Assembly: GCA_012522155.1 (NCBI GenBank)
Contig: JAAYKX010000050.1
Location: 1-41,713 of the forward strand
Direction: 5' to 3'
Origin: Bacteroidales bacterium
GTDB taxonomy: Bacteria > Bacteroidota > Bacteroidia > Bacteroidales > VadinHA17
Length of the DNA: 41,713 nucleotides
Of the stretch, positions 1-9,448 are shown in pieces. The position numbers were made by a program, and so were the translations under genes. The stretch's first letter is position 1; each line of letters begins with the position of its first letter. The notes beneath the pieces were generated by a model that had not been told where the DNA came from, did not search any database, and worked only from the letters and a program-made list of their open reading frames with translations.

Positions 1-67
1 AAGTACAGTAATAATTTAAAAGACATTATCTATTAAAACAACAGGATGAATTATTTCATCTCCAGCC

Positions 68-1309
68 ATGAACGCTAACAAGAATGAGGCTACGGCACTC
101 CGCGGAGAGAGCCGCCTCGTGGGTTGTTCTTCAGATGAAGAGCCTGGCGCGGAAACCATGATTTTTTCGCAAAACGAGATCCCTACTCAGTCAGTTAGCA
201 ACAGAAGCACAGACTTCAGAAAACGCTTCTTTCCCCTGACAACCATTGATTCCTGGAACGACTGGAAATGGCAACTCAGAAATTCAATCACCACAATTGA
301 TGAGCTGAAGAAGATCATGAAACTGTCTGAAAAGGAAATAATGGCCATTAATAATCTTAAAGGCCGTCTTCCGTTGAGGGTTACACCGTTTTTTGCCTCC
401 CTGATTTATAATACAGGATTTTCTCACCCGCTCCGCCGGAATGTCATTCCGGTTGTTGAGGAGTTGCTTCATACCGCTTCCGAGCAAGCGGATCCCCTTC
501 ATGAAAAATCCTTCTCACCTGTAAAGGGTATTGTGCACCGCTACCCCGACAGAGTACTCTTCACGGTAACCCGGGTCTGTTCAAATTATTGCAGATACTG
601 TACCCGTTCACATTCAGTGGGCAGGCTTGACAGGCCGGGCAAACAGGATTTTGAGAAAGCGTTCAGCTACATTGCGGCTCACAGGGAAATAAGGGATGTT
701 CTTATAAGTGGCGGGGATCCTCTCACCCTTACCGATGAAGCCCTGGATTACATCCTTTTCCATATAAGACAGATTGAACATGTCGAAATAATACGTATCG
801 GAACCAGGGTACCTGTTGTCCTGCCACAGAGGATAACAGACAAGCTGCTTTCTGTTCTCAGGAAATATCACCCGCTATTTATAAGCCTTCATTTCTCTCA
901 TCCGGCAGAAATAACACCGGAATGTATTAAAGCATGTACCATGCTGGCTGATAACGGGTTCCCTCTTGGCAGCCAGACGGTCCTTCTGAAAGGAATAAAT
1001 GACAATATCACCGTTATGAAGGAACTTATGCACAAGCTGTTGAAAATAAGGGTGAGGCCATATTATCTGTATCAATGTGATCTTATACCCGGTTCGGGCC
1101 ATTTCAGGACAACCGTCAGAAAAGGTATTGAGATAATAAAAGGGCTGAGGGGTTTTACAAGCGGATATGCAGTTCCTACCTATGTTGTTGATGCACCGGG
1201 AGGAGGTGGCAAAATTCCTCTTCTTCCGGATTATGTGCTTGAACACAACAGCGAAAAAATAGTACTTCGCAATTACAAGGGTGTTTTGTGCGAATACCCC
1301 GAAAAATAA
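68..1309 (+). CDS. KamA-family radical SAM enzyme (lysine 2,3-aminomutase-like)
   Basis: W-x-D-W-x-W-Q N-terminal motif, HRYPDRV, CxxxCxxC (CSNYCRYC), SGGDPL, RIGTRVPVVLPQRI, YLYQCD and the PLP-lysine motif DAPGGGGKIP. The start may be the later ATG at 158. Confidence 0.92.
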   Translation: MNANKNEATALRGESRLVGCSSDEEPGAETMIFSQNEIPTQSVSNRSTDFRKRFFPLTTIDSWNDWKWQLRNSITTIDELKKIMKLSEKEIMAINNLKGRLPLRVTPFFASLIYNTGFSHPLRRNVIPVVEELLHTASEQADPLHEKSFSPVKGIVHRYPDRVLFTVTRVCSNYCRYCTRSHSVGRLDRPGKQDFEKAFSYIAAHREIRDVLISGGDPLTLTDEALDYILFHIRQIEHVEIIRIGTRVPVVLPQRITDKLLSVLRKYHPLFISLHFSHPAEITPECIKACTMLADNGFPLGSQTVLLKGINDNITVMKELMHKLLKIRVRPYYLYQCDLIPGSGHFRTTVRKGIEIIKGLRGFTSGYAVPTYVVDAPGGGGKIPLLPDYVLEHNSEKIVLRNYKGVLCEYPEK

Positions 1310-1315
1310 TATTCA

Positions 1316-2290
1316 ATGAAAATAGGATTGACTTATGACCTGCGGTCGTGGTATCTCGACCGCGGGTATTCAATGGAAGATACTGCAGAATTTGACAGGC
1401 AGGAAACTGTTGATGCAATTGACACAGCATTAAACAGGATGGGATATGAAACAGAAGCAGTGGGTAATTGTTTTCAGCTGATTGAAGCACTCTCTTCCGG
1501 AAAACGTTGGGATCTGGTTTTCAACATAGCCGAAGGACTTTATGGCGATGGCAGAGAATCAGTTATACCTGCCATTCTTGATCAATACCGCATTCCCTAT
1601 GTATTCAGCGGACCGGTGACCATGGGGGTATCCCTGAATAAATATCTTACAAGATTAATTGTTGAACCGGCAGGAATCCCTGTTAGTCCGGGGATGCTTA
1701 TTGCTTCCCCGGAAGATATAAAAAACCTCAGACTGGAGTATCCTCTCTTTATAAAACCTGTTTCGGAAGGTACCGGAAAAGGCATTACTGAAAAAAATCT
1801 CTTAAATTCGCCGCAGGAATTGAAAGAAATGGCCGAATATCTTATTGGCAGATTCGAACAGCCCGCACTTGTCGAAGAATATCTCCCGGGGCGGGAGTTC
1901 ACTGTCGGTATTGTTGGTTCGGGCAGTGATGCCATGGTAATCGGCGGTATGGAAATCGAGTGCTCCGGCAATAATCCTTATTCAGTGGAATTCAAGGAAA
2001 ATTACAGGGAGTACTGTAAGTATGTTCCCGTCCCTGAAGAATTCAGTGATGAATGCAGCAATATTGCCTTGGGCGCATGGAAGGCGGTCAGGGGTGTTGA
2101 TGCAGGAAGGATTGATCTGAAGACAGACAGGAAAGGGAAAATATGTTTTATGGAAGTCAATCTGCTTGCAGGTCTTCATCCGGTTCATTCTGATCTGCCT
2201 ATTTTGTCAGGCATGCGGGGAATTGACTTTCAGACTTTAATTGAAATGATTGTAAAATCATCGCTTAAACGCCATAATCTTGTGCAATGA
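1316..2290 (+). CDS. D-Ala-D-Ala-ligase-like ATP-grasp enzyme (copy 1)
   Basis: FNIAEG, YPLFIKPVSEGTGKGI, LVEEYLPGREFTVG, GRIDLK, EVNxLAGL. Starts 6 bp after the kamA-like gene. Confidence 0.88.
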   Translation: MKIGLTYDLRSWYLDRGYSMEDTAEFDRQETVDAIDTALNRMGYETEAVGNCFQLIEALSSGKRWDLVFNIAEGLYGDGRESVIPAILDQYRIPYVFSGPVTMGVSLNKYLTRLIVEPAGIPVSPGMLIASPEDIKNLRLEYPLFIKPVSEGTGKGITEKNLLNSPQELKEMAEYLIGRFEQPALVEEYLPGREFTVGIVGSGSDAMVIGGMEIECSGNNPYSVEFKENYREYCKYVPVPEEFSDECSNIALGAWKAVRGVDAGRIDLKTDRKGKICFMEVNLLAGLHPVHSDLPILSGMRGIDFQTLIEMIVKSSLKRHNLVQ

Positions 2291-3258
2291 GTAAAAAGAA
2301 ATGCTGTATCCTTTACAATCAGCCGCTTGAAAATGCATCAGCCGACGAACTTGATGTTCTTGATCAGGTGGAATTTGTTGAGGAAAATCTTAATGAGATA
2401 GGAATTGAGACATTCAGGAAGGGTATAACAGTTGATTTCATGAAAGAAATTTCCGGACTGGCAGACGGCCGGACAGATTTCGTTTTCAATCTTGTGGAGT
2501 CCATTATCGGCAAGGGGGAATTATGCTATTTCATACCCGCACTTCTGAATGCATACTCAATTCCCTATACGGGAAATTCCGTGGAGGCGATCTTCGTAAC
2601 AACCAGCAAAGCCTTTACAGCGAAATCACTGAAACAGGCAGGGATAAATAATCCGGGAGGATGTCCTCCTTCCCAGTCAGGACAGCTCATTCCGGGCAAC
2701 AGCTATATAATTAAACCGGTATGGGAGGATGGCTCTTTGGGTATAACAGGTGATTCTGTTTTCACCTATATGCCGGAAATGATCGAAAGTCTTAAAAAAT
2801 ATGACGATACCCATTGGCTCATACAGGATTACATTGAAGGAAGGGAGTTTAATATAAGTATTATTTCAGGCGAAACAGGTCCGGAAGTCCTGCCCGCAGC
2901 AGAGATGATTTTTCGTGATTCCTGGGACGATAAGCCAAAAATTGTTGATTTCAAGGCAAAATGGGAAGAAGATTCTTTTGAATTTCAAAATACTGTAAGA
3001 GATTTTCCGGGGGACAAACTGGATCAGGATCTTGAAAAACAAATCAGTGATATTGCCCTTAAGTGCTGGAAAATATTTGGCCTCAAGGGATATGCAAGAA
3101 TAGATATGCGTGTTGACAAAAACAATATACCCTATGTGATTGAAGTCAATGCAAATCCATGTCTGTCGCCTGACAGTGGTCTGATGGCCGCAACCAGGGT
3201 TGCAGGACTGCAGTTTTCTGAAGTCATCCGCCGTATCATCAGTGACCTGAATAACTGA
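2287..3258 (+). CDS. D-Ala-D-Ala-ligase-like ATP-grasp enzyme (copy 2)
   Basis: FNLVES, IIKPVWEDGSLGI, YIEGREFNIS, GYARIDMRVD, IEVNANPCL. ATGA overlap with the previous gene. Confidence 0.88.
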   Translation: MSKKKCCILYNQPLENASADELDVLDQVEFVEENLNEIGIETFRKGITVDFMKEISGLADGRTDFVFNLVESIIGKGELCYFIPALLNAYSIPYTGNSVEAIFVTTSKAFTAKSLKQAGINNPGGCPPSQSGQLIPGNSYIIKPVWEDGSLGITGDSVFTYMPEMIESLKKYDDTHWLIQDYIEGREFNISIISGETGPEVLPAAEMIFRDSWDDKPKIVDFKAKWEEDSFEFQNTVRDFPGDKLDQDLEKQISDIALKCWKIFGLKGYARIDMRVDKNNIPYVIEVNANPCLSPDSGLMAATRVAGLQFSEVIRRIISDLNN

Positions 3259-3265
3259 GCCTTAT

Positions 3266-3742
3266 ATGGAAATATCTGAAAGGATCAGCAGAGAAGACAT
3301 AAGAAATCTGGAAAAGATCCTTGTATCCACCGGATATTTCTACGATTTCGAAATCCGCAGCGCAATGGAAATAGCTGAACATACTGTTTCGGAAGGAACA
3401 GAGGAAAACGGCTATTTCTGGATTAAAATAATTGAAGGGGATGAAACAATTGCATTTGCCTGCTACGGGAAAAATGAATTCTCACTTTATTCATGGGAAC
3501 TTTACTGGATCGCCGTCCGCCAGGATTTCAGAAACTGTAAACTGGGCAAAGCCCTGTTGCATGAAACAGAGGAAAAAATCAGGCAAAAAGGAGGAAAAAT
3601 TCTCTGGATTGAAACATCCGGACGTCCCCTGTATAAATCCACCGAAGAATTTTATAAGAGAAACGGTTATAAACTACAAGCCAGTCTGGAGGATTTTTAT
3701 GGTCCCGGTGACCCAAAGCAAATATATGCCAGAACACTATGA
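3266..3742 (+). CDS. GNAT-family N-acetyltransferase
   Basis: LYWIAV..FRNCKLGKALL acetyl-CoA motif A, ETSG, FYKRNGY. Last gene of the four-gene operon. Confidence 0.88.
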   Translation: MEISERISREDIRNLEKILVSTGYFYDFEIRSAMEIAEHTVSEGTEENGYFWIKIIEGDETIAFACYGKNEFSLYSWELYWIAVRQDFRNCKLGKALLHETEEKIRQKGGKILWIETSGRPLYKSTEEFYKRNGYKLQASLEDFYGPGDPKQIYARTL

Positions 3743-3880
3743 CTACATGCGGAACGGGCCCGGTGAAGCCATGCAGGCAGACTTCCGATAAATTTGAACA
3801 TGTTCCCGATAAACCGGGACAGAGAATACAAACCACTTAATTTACAATAACATAATAATAATTTCAAATGTAACATAAAT

Positions 3881-4546
3881 ATGAATGTTAAAATAGAAAG
3901 CAGCTGGAAGGAGAAACTTAAGAATGAATTCAAAAAGGATTATTTTGTCAGTCTCACCGGCTATATAAGGGAAGAATACCGAAAAGATCAGATTTTCCCT
4001 CCCGGGAAATTGATATTCAATGCCTTTGACCTGTGTCCCTTTGACAGCGTAAAAGCCGTGATCATAGGTCAGGATCCCTACCATGGACCCGGACAGGCAC
4101 ATGGATTATGTTTTTCCGTAAGGGACGGCTTTGATTTTCCTCCGAGTCTTGTCAATATTTTCAGGGAGATAGAATCGGACATGGGATACAAACCATATTT
4201 TTCGGGAAATCTCCAGCGCTGGGCTGCACAAGGCGTTCTTCTTTTAAATGCCATCCTTACAGTGAGAGCCCGTCAGGCCGGATCGCACCGGGGAAAAGGC
4301 TGGGAAGAATTCACAGATGAGGTTATCAGAATACTAAACAACGAAAAGGATAATCTTGTATTTTTCCTTTGGGGAGCCTATGCGCAAAAAAAAGGTATAT
4401 CAATTGACAGGAGCAGACACCTGGTTCTTGAATCTGTCCATCCTTCCCCACTTTCCGCTTCAAGAGGATTTTTCGGCAACAGACATTTCAGCCGCTGCAA
4501 TACATATTTGTCGGATCATAACATTGACCCGGTAAACTGGAGATAA
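3881..4546 (+). CDS. ung: Uracil-DNA glycosylase (family 1)
   Basis: GQDPYH, AHGLCFSV, GVLLLN and HPSPLS motifs. Confidence 0.97.
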   Translation: MNVKIESSWKEKLKNEFKKDYFVSLTGYIREEYRKDQIFPPGKLIFNAFDLCPFDSVKAVIIGQDPYHGPGQAHGLCFSVRDGFDFPPSLVNIFREIESDMGYKPYFSGNLQRWAAQGVLLLNAILTVRARQAGSHRGKGWEEFTDEVIRILNNEKDNLVFFLWGAYAQKKGISIDRSRHLVLESVHPSPLSASRGFFGNRHFSRCNTYLSDHNIDPVNWR

Positions 4547-4557
4547 AATTTAAATCT

Positions 4558-4974
4558 TCAGGGTTTCAGGGCCTCATCGGGAATAATGTTTTTTATTTCA
4601 AGCACCCTGTTTTCGATATCACTGATCTCAACCTCATAAGTAATCCGCATCCGCCCGAAGTACTGCAGGTGGGTACTGTTTACAGGTCCCGTCGAAAATG
4701 TTTTCCCGCTGATTTCAGCCGTAATTTCAGCCTTGGGAAATGCAATGGTCACCCTCCTGTATTCTGAAGTTTGTCCGGGTTTTACCGTTCCGAGCTTTTT
4801 TATATTCCCGACAGTATCTTTCAGCCCTGCAGTGTTTATCACCACATCAGCCATAAGTTCATTTTTTTCCATATTCCTTATCCTGACATCCGTCGGGCCT
4901 TCAGGCTCCCATTTATTTCTTTTACAGGCAAATAAAGCCAGCAAGATAAATATAAGACAGATATTTTTTTTCAT
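4558..4974 (-). CDS. Hypothetical lipoprotein
   Basis: MKK, hydrophobic stretch, lipobox LFAC. Lies downstream of batE on the same strand. Confidence 0.7.
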   Translation of the reverse strand: MKKNICLIFILLALFACKRNKWEPEGPTDVRIRNMEKNELMADVVINTAGLKDTVGNIKKLGTVKPGQTSEYRRVTIAFPKAEITAEISGKTFSTGPVNSTHLQYFGRMRITYEVEISDIENRVLEIKNIIPDEALKP

Positions 4975-5036
4975 TGCGCGTTGAATTACAGATCACATCT
5001 GTCATACCTGTAATTCAGTAAAAAAGTTGCATTCTG

Positions 5037-5807
5037 TCAGATAATTTCGAGACTGTTTGCCGGAGCCCACCCTTTATTGCCATCAGGAAGCCTTATCTCC
5101 TTCCAGTCACCAACTTCGTCCTCAACACTTACCCTTAATCCTTCATGTATCACAAAAAGATCGGTACCACTGTCATCAGGTGAGCTTTTCCCATTAACGA
5201 TAGGGCTGAAGATGATGGCCTTATTGCTTTCATGTATCAGTTTCCTGTTCCGCAAAGAAAAGGAAAATGAAGCCAGTGACAGCAGCAGTGCAACCAATGC
5301 AAGCCAGAATCCTGTAACCTTGATGGTGTATTTTGATGAATAAAAATAGAATGAAAGAAAAACAAGACATAAGATAAAAGAAACAAGACTTATTACTGCC
5401 CAGCTGTCTGAAGCAAGAACAAGCGAAAAGAAATCATACCATCTGACAAAAAAGAGTTCAGGGATCTCATCAAGCCGGTCAGTAGTCATTGCCCGTGCTA
5501 TACTGAGATTGTAAGTGATATCCTCATCAGCAGGTTTCCTGAGGCGGGCCCGTTCATAAAAGAGTATCGATGCCGGAATATTACCAAGTTTGAAATATGC
5601 ATTACCGATATTGTAATCCAGAATAGCTGAGCGATAGCCTGCAGTATAGAGACTGGTCCATTCTTCGAGGGCTTTCCCGTAATTGCCTTCAGAAAAATAA
5701 TCGCTTCCTTTGCTGAATTTCAGGTCTGCCGTATCCTGCGCTCCCGCATTGAAAGCTGAAAGGATCAGCAGCAGAATTATCTGTATTGTAATTGATCTGA
5801 AGCTCAT
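5037..5807 (-). CDS. batE: BatE (TPR + TM + SH3b)
   Basis: Signal peptide, YNIGNAYFKLG TPR, two TM helices, C-terminal SH3-like IHEGLRV...GNKGW. Position in the bat operon fits. Confidence 0.88.
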   Translation of the reverse strand: MSFRSITIQIILLLILSAFNAGAQDTADLKFSKGSDYFSEGNYGKALEEWTSLYTAGYRSAILDYNIGNAYFKLGNIPASILFYERARLRKPADEDITYNLSIARAMTTDRLDEIPELFFVRWYDFFSLVLASDSWAVISLVSFILCLVFLSFYFYSSKYTIKVTGFWLALVALLLSLASFSFSLRNRKLIHESNKAIIFSPIVNGKSSPDDSGTDLFVIHEGLRVSVEDEVGDWKEIRLPDGNKGWAPANSLEII

Positions 5808-5809
5808 AT

Positions 5810-7621
5810 TTAAATTTCATTTTCAACAGACCTTATAAATCCGGAAACATCATCATAAATCGCTGATACTCCGGTGCCGGAAGAAGCAGGTGCATACCTT
5901 GCATATTCACACTTGTCAAGGATATCTGCCAGATCTGTAAGTTTTTCATCGTCAACACCTCTTTCCCGCAATGAATCTATGGCACTGTTCCTGGTAAGAT
6001 CCGATACCGGGATGCTTAGTTTATCGCTCAGATAACCCCATACGGCCTTCAGTATTTCCTCATAAAACCGGTCAGTATCACCTTTTTTCATGCAGGCAGA
6101 AGCTTCCTTCAGCCGTTTTACAGCAACCTTCCCTGCCCTGCGGTTTTTAACCGCAGCAATGTCTGCATTTCTCCTTATATGCTCCCTTCGCAAAAACAAA
6201 AAGATCAGGAATAAAAGCAAGCTTATCACATAAGCCAGATAAAATGAATTCTGAGACAGGATCTGTCCCCCGGCTATGGTGAGTTTTCCGGGCTTTGTCC
6301 GGATAAACCGTATATCCTTTCCCAGATATCTTACATCTTCTTTTGCCACGCCTCCGAAAACCGCAATTTCCGAAGCCTGATCAGTACCTTTCATGGCATG
6401 AAATCTGAATTCGGGAGTATTGAGATATTCGTATTCTCCGGTTGATACATTAAAATATGAATATTCTACGGAAGGTATTGTGTAATCTCCGTGATGCCTG
6501 GGAATAAGCAGGTATTCAAAAACCTTCTGTCCGCTTGTACCGGCCGGCGAATTCTTGAGATTTTCCGTTACTTTGGGATCATAGATCTCTATGTCGGGAG
6601 GAAGCCTGAGGACGGGCATGCCTGCAAGCCTGAGATTACCCGTTCCGGATATTGTAATCTTATAGCTGAGGGCATCATTTACATTTACACTATCCTTGTT
6701 AATATCTGCCGTAATATTGATTTTACCGCTAATACCCGAAAAATTCCCTGGCCTGGTTCCGGGCAGGGCTTTTACCCTTATTTTCACCGGTGGACTGGCT
6801 ACTGCTAGGGGTACGGTTGTATAGCTTGAAAAGAAATCGCCGAAAAAAGGATCCGATCGTCCTGATCTTTGCCGGACAAGCGCGGTGATCTGAACCGGAT
6901 CAATCGTAATTTCCCCCGTAATCTGCGGATAGAGAAGAAACTGCTGAAGCACACCTGTTCCGTAAACAGTACCATTGATATTCTCCTGCCGGAGCGAACT
7001 GAGCGGAGGGGTTTCCAGGTCGTTTTTAAGAAAGCCCGTAAACGAAGGATACCTGATTTCATTAATACCCGAAATATCGACTCTGGTATATAGTTTTACA
7101 GTAACCGAAACAGCTTCTCCAAGAAAAACCTCTTTCCTGTTTACGGCAAGATCAAGGAATATTTGTCCTTCGGGAGGAGAAGATGGTGATGTCTTGTGCT
7201 GCCCGGCATCCGCTTCTTGCTGTCCCGCAGCCGGAGTTGCCTTGCTGCCGCTAACTTCTATCCTTACGGAATCGGAATAATAAGTTTTATTCTTAATGGT
7301 AACGGATGCAGGCGGCAGTACAAATTTTCCTTCATCAGTTGCCTGAAGATAATATAAATATGATTCTGACGTTTCATGGCTTACCCGCCCGTTTATAATC
7401 TGTGTACTTGAACTGAAAGAAGTATGAGGACCTGTCAGCCTGATAAAACCTGCAAATGAGGGTGCGGTAAAGTCACCCCCTCTTGCATTGACACGCCACT
7501 GAATGGCAACCTGTTCTCCGGATTGTACTGTTCCGGGATATTCTGCCTCAACAGTAATATCCTGTCCGCTTAAACCCGTATTTATGAAAAACAGAAGATA
7601 ATATGTCAATAATTTTTTCAT
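5810..7621 (-). CDS. batD: BatD family protein
   Basis: SSSTQIING, ISGTGNL, FEYLLIPR, C-terminal TM followed by CEYARYAP. Operon position fits. Confidence 0.9.
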   Translation of the reverse strand: MKKLLTYYLLFFINTGLSGQDITVEAEYPGTVQSGEQVAIQWRVNARGGDFTAPSFAGFIRLTGPHTSFSSSTQIINGRVSHETSESYLYYLQATDEGKFVLPPASVTIKNKTYYSDSVRIEVSGSKATPAAGQQEADAGQHKTSPSSPPEGQIFLDLAVNRKEVFLGEAVSVTVKLYTRVDISGINEIRYPSFTGFLKNDLETPPLSSLRQENINGTVYGTGVLQQFLLYPQITGEITIDPVQITALVRQRSGRSDPFFGDFFSSYTTVPLAVASPPVKIRVKALPGTRPGNFSGISGKINITADINKDSVNVNDALSYKITISGTGNLRLAGMPVLRLPPDIEIYDPKVTENLKNSPAGTSGQKVFEYLLIPRHHGDYTIPSVEYSYFNVSTGEYEYLNTPEFRFHAMKGTDQASEIAVFGGVAKEDVRYLGKDIRFIRTKPGKLTIAGGQILSQNSFYLAYVISLLLFLIFLFLRREHIRRNADIAAVKNRRAGKVAVKRLKEASACMKKGDTDRFYEEILKAVWGYLSDKLSIPVSDLTRNSAIDSLRERGVDDEKLTDLADILDKCEYARYAPASSGTGVSAIYDDVSGFIRSVENEI

Positions 7622-7639
7622 TCCTTCAAACCTGTCCCG

Positions 7640-8383
7640 CTACCAGTTCCTGAGTGTTTTTACCTTTTGCTGTTTTGCTTTATCCAGTTTTATCTGTTCC
7701 TGAATATCTTTTTCATCATTTGCCAGGGAATTAAGGATCCTTTCTGCATCTTCCCTGGATATCTGTGACTCCTGATCCTGATCCTGTTGCTGGTCATTAT
7801 CCTGCCCGTTATCATTCTGATCCTGTTGCTGCTCATTATCCTGCCCGTTATCATTCTGATCCTGTTGCTGCTTATCATCCTGGTTTCCCTGATCCTGGTT
7901 CTGCTGTGGCTGTTCCTCCTGCTGCTTCAGAAGGTCCTGGGCAAAGGCAAGATTATATTTTGCCTCCCTGTTACGGGGATCAAGCTTCAGGGAACCCTTA
8001 TATGCCTCAATACTTTCAGGGATCCTGTCTGCCATAAGCAGGGAATTCCCCAGATTATAAAGACTGGCTGACTTTTTCCTCCTGTCATCATTCATCTCAA
8101 AGCTGTTGCTGAACTGTTTACCTGCATCTTCAAACTTCTCCTGTTTGTAGAGAGCATTACCTATGTTGAAAACTGCGCTGGAGGAGGCATTGTTCCTGTT
8201 CAATGCCTTCCTGTATGCAATTTCAGAATCAGCATAGTTCTCCTTTTCATAATCCCTGTTTCCTTCCCTGATATATTTTTTGTCTCCCTGGGAATATGCT
8301 GTCAATGGAACAAACAATACAGCAAAAGTTAAAGCTGACAGAAGGCATAACAAAATTTTACGGTATTTGATCTTTCTATGCAT
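7640..8383 (-). CDS. batC: BatC (TPR protein with Q/D/N-rich linker)
   Basis: TPRs (FNIGNALYKQ, YNLGNSLL, AKYNLAFAQ), low-complexity linker, C-terminal EDAERILNSL...RNW. Start moved to the ATG at 8383 because the track start (8470) overlaps batB. Confidence 0.87.
   Translation of the reverse strand: MHRKIKYRKILLCLLSALTFAVLFVPLTAYSQGDKKYIREGNRDYEKENYADSEIAYRKALNRNNASSSAVFNIGNALYKQEKFEDAGKQFSNSFEMNDDRRKKSASLYNLGNSLLMADRIPESIEAYKGSLKLDPRNREAKYNLAFAQDLLKQQEEQPQQNQDQGNQDDKQQQDQNDNGQDNEQQQDQNDNGQDNDQQQDQDQESQISREDAERILNSLANDEKDIQEQIKLDKAKQQKVKTLRNW
7778..7872. repeat. 39-bp tandem repeat (~2.4 copies) in the batC linker
   Basis: tcattatcctgcccgttatcattctgatcctgttgctgc occurs at 7794 and 7833; it encodes QQQDQNDNGQDN(E/D). 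Confidence 0.85.
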
Positions 8384-8396
8384 GTTATACGGAAAA

Positions 8397-9437
8397 TCAT
8401 AGTTTATAACTGAATAATTTAATATTGGCCAGTTTCCTGTTTTTCCTGTCCATAATAATAAATTCAGCAAACAGGAATATTAAAGCCGCAATTGCAAAAA
8501 ACCGGAACTGGTCGTTGTATTCTGTATACATTTTACTTTCCATATCCTGTTTTTTCATTTTCCTTATTTCATTGTAAACCTCATCGAGTCCAAGGCCGGA
8601 TATCCCGGCACGGATATAAGTTCCTGAAGTACTGACTGCAATTTTCTTAAGTGTTTCTTCATCAAGTTTTGTTATGACGGTATTGCCCTCATGGTCCTTC
8701 AGATACTCTTTCCTGCCGCCGGTATGAACCGGGACAGGCACACCCTCCGGGGATCCTATTCCGATTGTATGTATGACAATTCCTGCCCTGGAGGCTTCTG
8801 CTGCTGCAGCCACAGGGTCATCCTCATGATTTTCACCATCACTGATGATTATCATGGCCCTGCTCTTATCCTCTCCCGGGGTAAAGGACCGTATTCCCAG
8901 GTCTATTGCTGAGCCTATGGCGGTCCCCTGCTTTGGAACCAGATCAGGGCTGACGGAAGAAAGAAACATCTTTGCCGAAACGTAATCTGTGGTTATGGGT
9001 ATTTGTGTATATGCATCACCAGCAAATACGATCAATCCGATCCTGTCATTTTCGAGTCTGTCAATAAGTCTGTTCAGAGCCTGCCGGGCTCTTGTAAGCC
9101 TGTCGGGCTGAATATCCTCAGCCAGCATTGAATTACTGACATCCAGAGCTATAATCACCTCAACCCCCTGCTTCTTCACCTCCTCCAGCCTCGATCCGAA
9201 CTGCGGTCTTGCAAGTGTCAGGATCATGAGTGCCATGGCAAGCAGACTGAAAAGGAATTTAAGTCCCGGTCTCACTGCCGAATACTCAGGCATAAGCTTT
9301 CTTACAAGACCTATGTCGCCCAGCCTGCGGAGAGCTTTTCTTTTTCTTCTTTCATTCACTGTCCACAATATGATCATTACCGGAAGCAGAAGCAACAGGT
9401 ACAGGAAGGCGGGATTTGCAAACCGGAATAACTGCAT
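8397..9437 (-). CDS. batB: BatB (VWA domain)
   Basis: LARPQFG, MIDAS DVSNSM, VFAGDA, SDGENHE, C-terminal TM. Confidence 0.92.
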   Translation of the reverse strand: MQLFRFANPAFLYLLLLLPVMIILWTVNERRKRKALRRLGDIGLVRKLMPEYSAVRPGLKFLFSLLAMALMILTLARPQFGSRLEEVKKQGVEVIIALDVSNSMLAEDIQPDRLTRARQALNRLIDRLENDRIGLIVFAGDAYTQIPITTDYVSAKMFLSSVSPDLVPKQGTAIGSAIDLGIRSFTPGEDKSRAMIIISDGENHEDDPVAAAAEASRAGIVIHTIGIGSPEGVPVPVHTGGRKEYLKDHEGNTVITKLDEETLKKIAVSTSGTYIRAGISGLGLDEVYNEIRKMKKQDMESKMYTEYNDQFRFFAIAALIFLFAEFIIMDRKNRKLANIKLFSYKL

Positions 9438-9448
9438 AGTCTTTTTTT

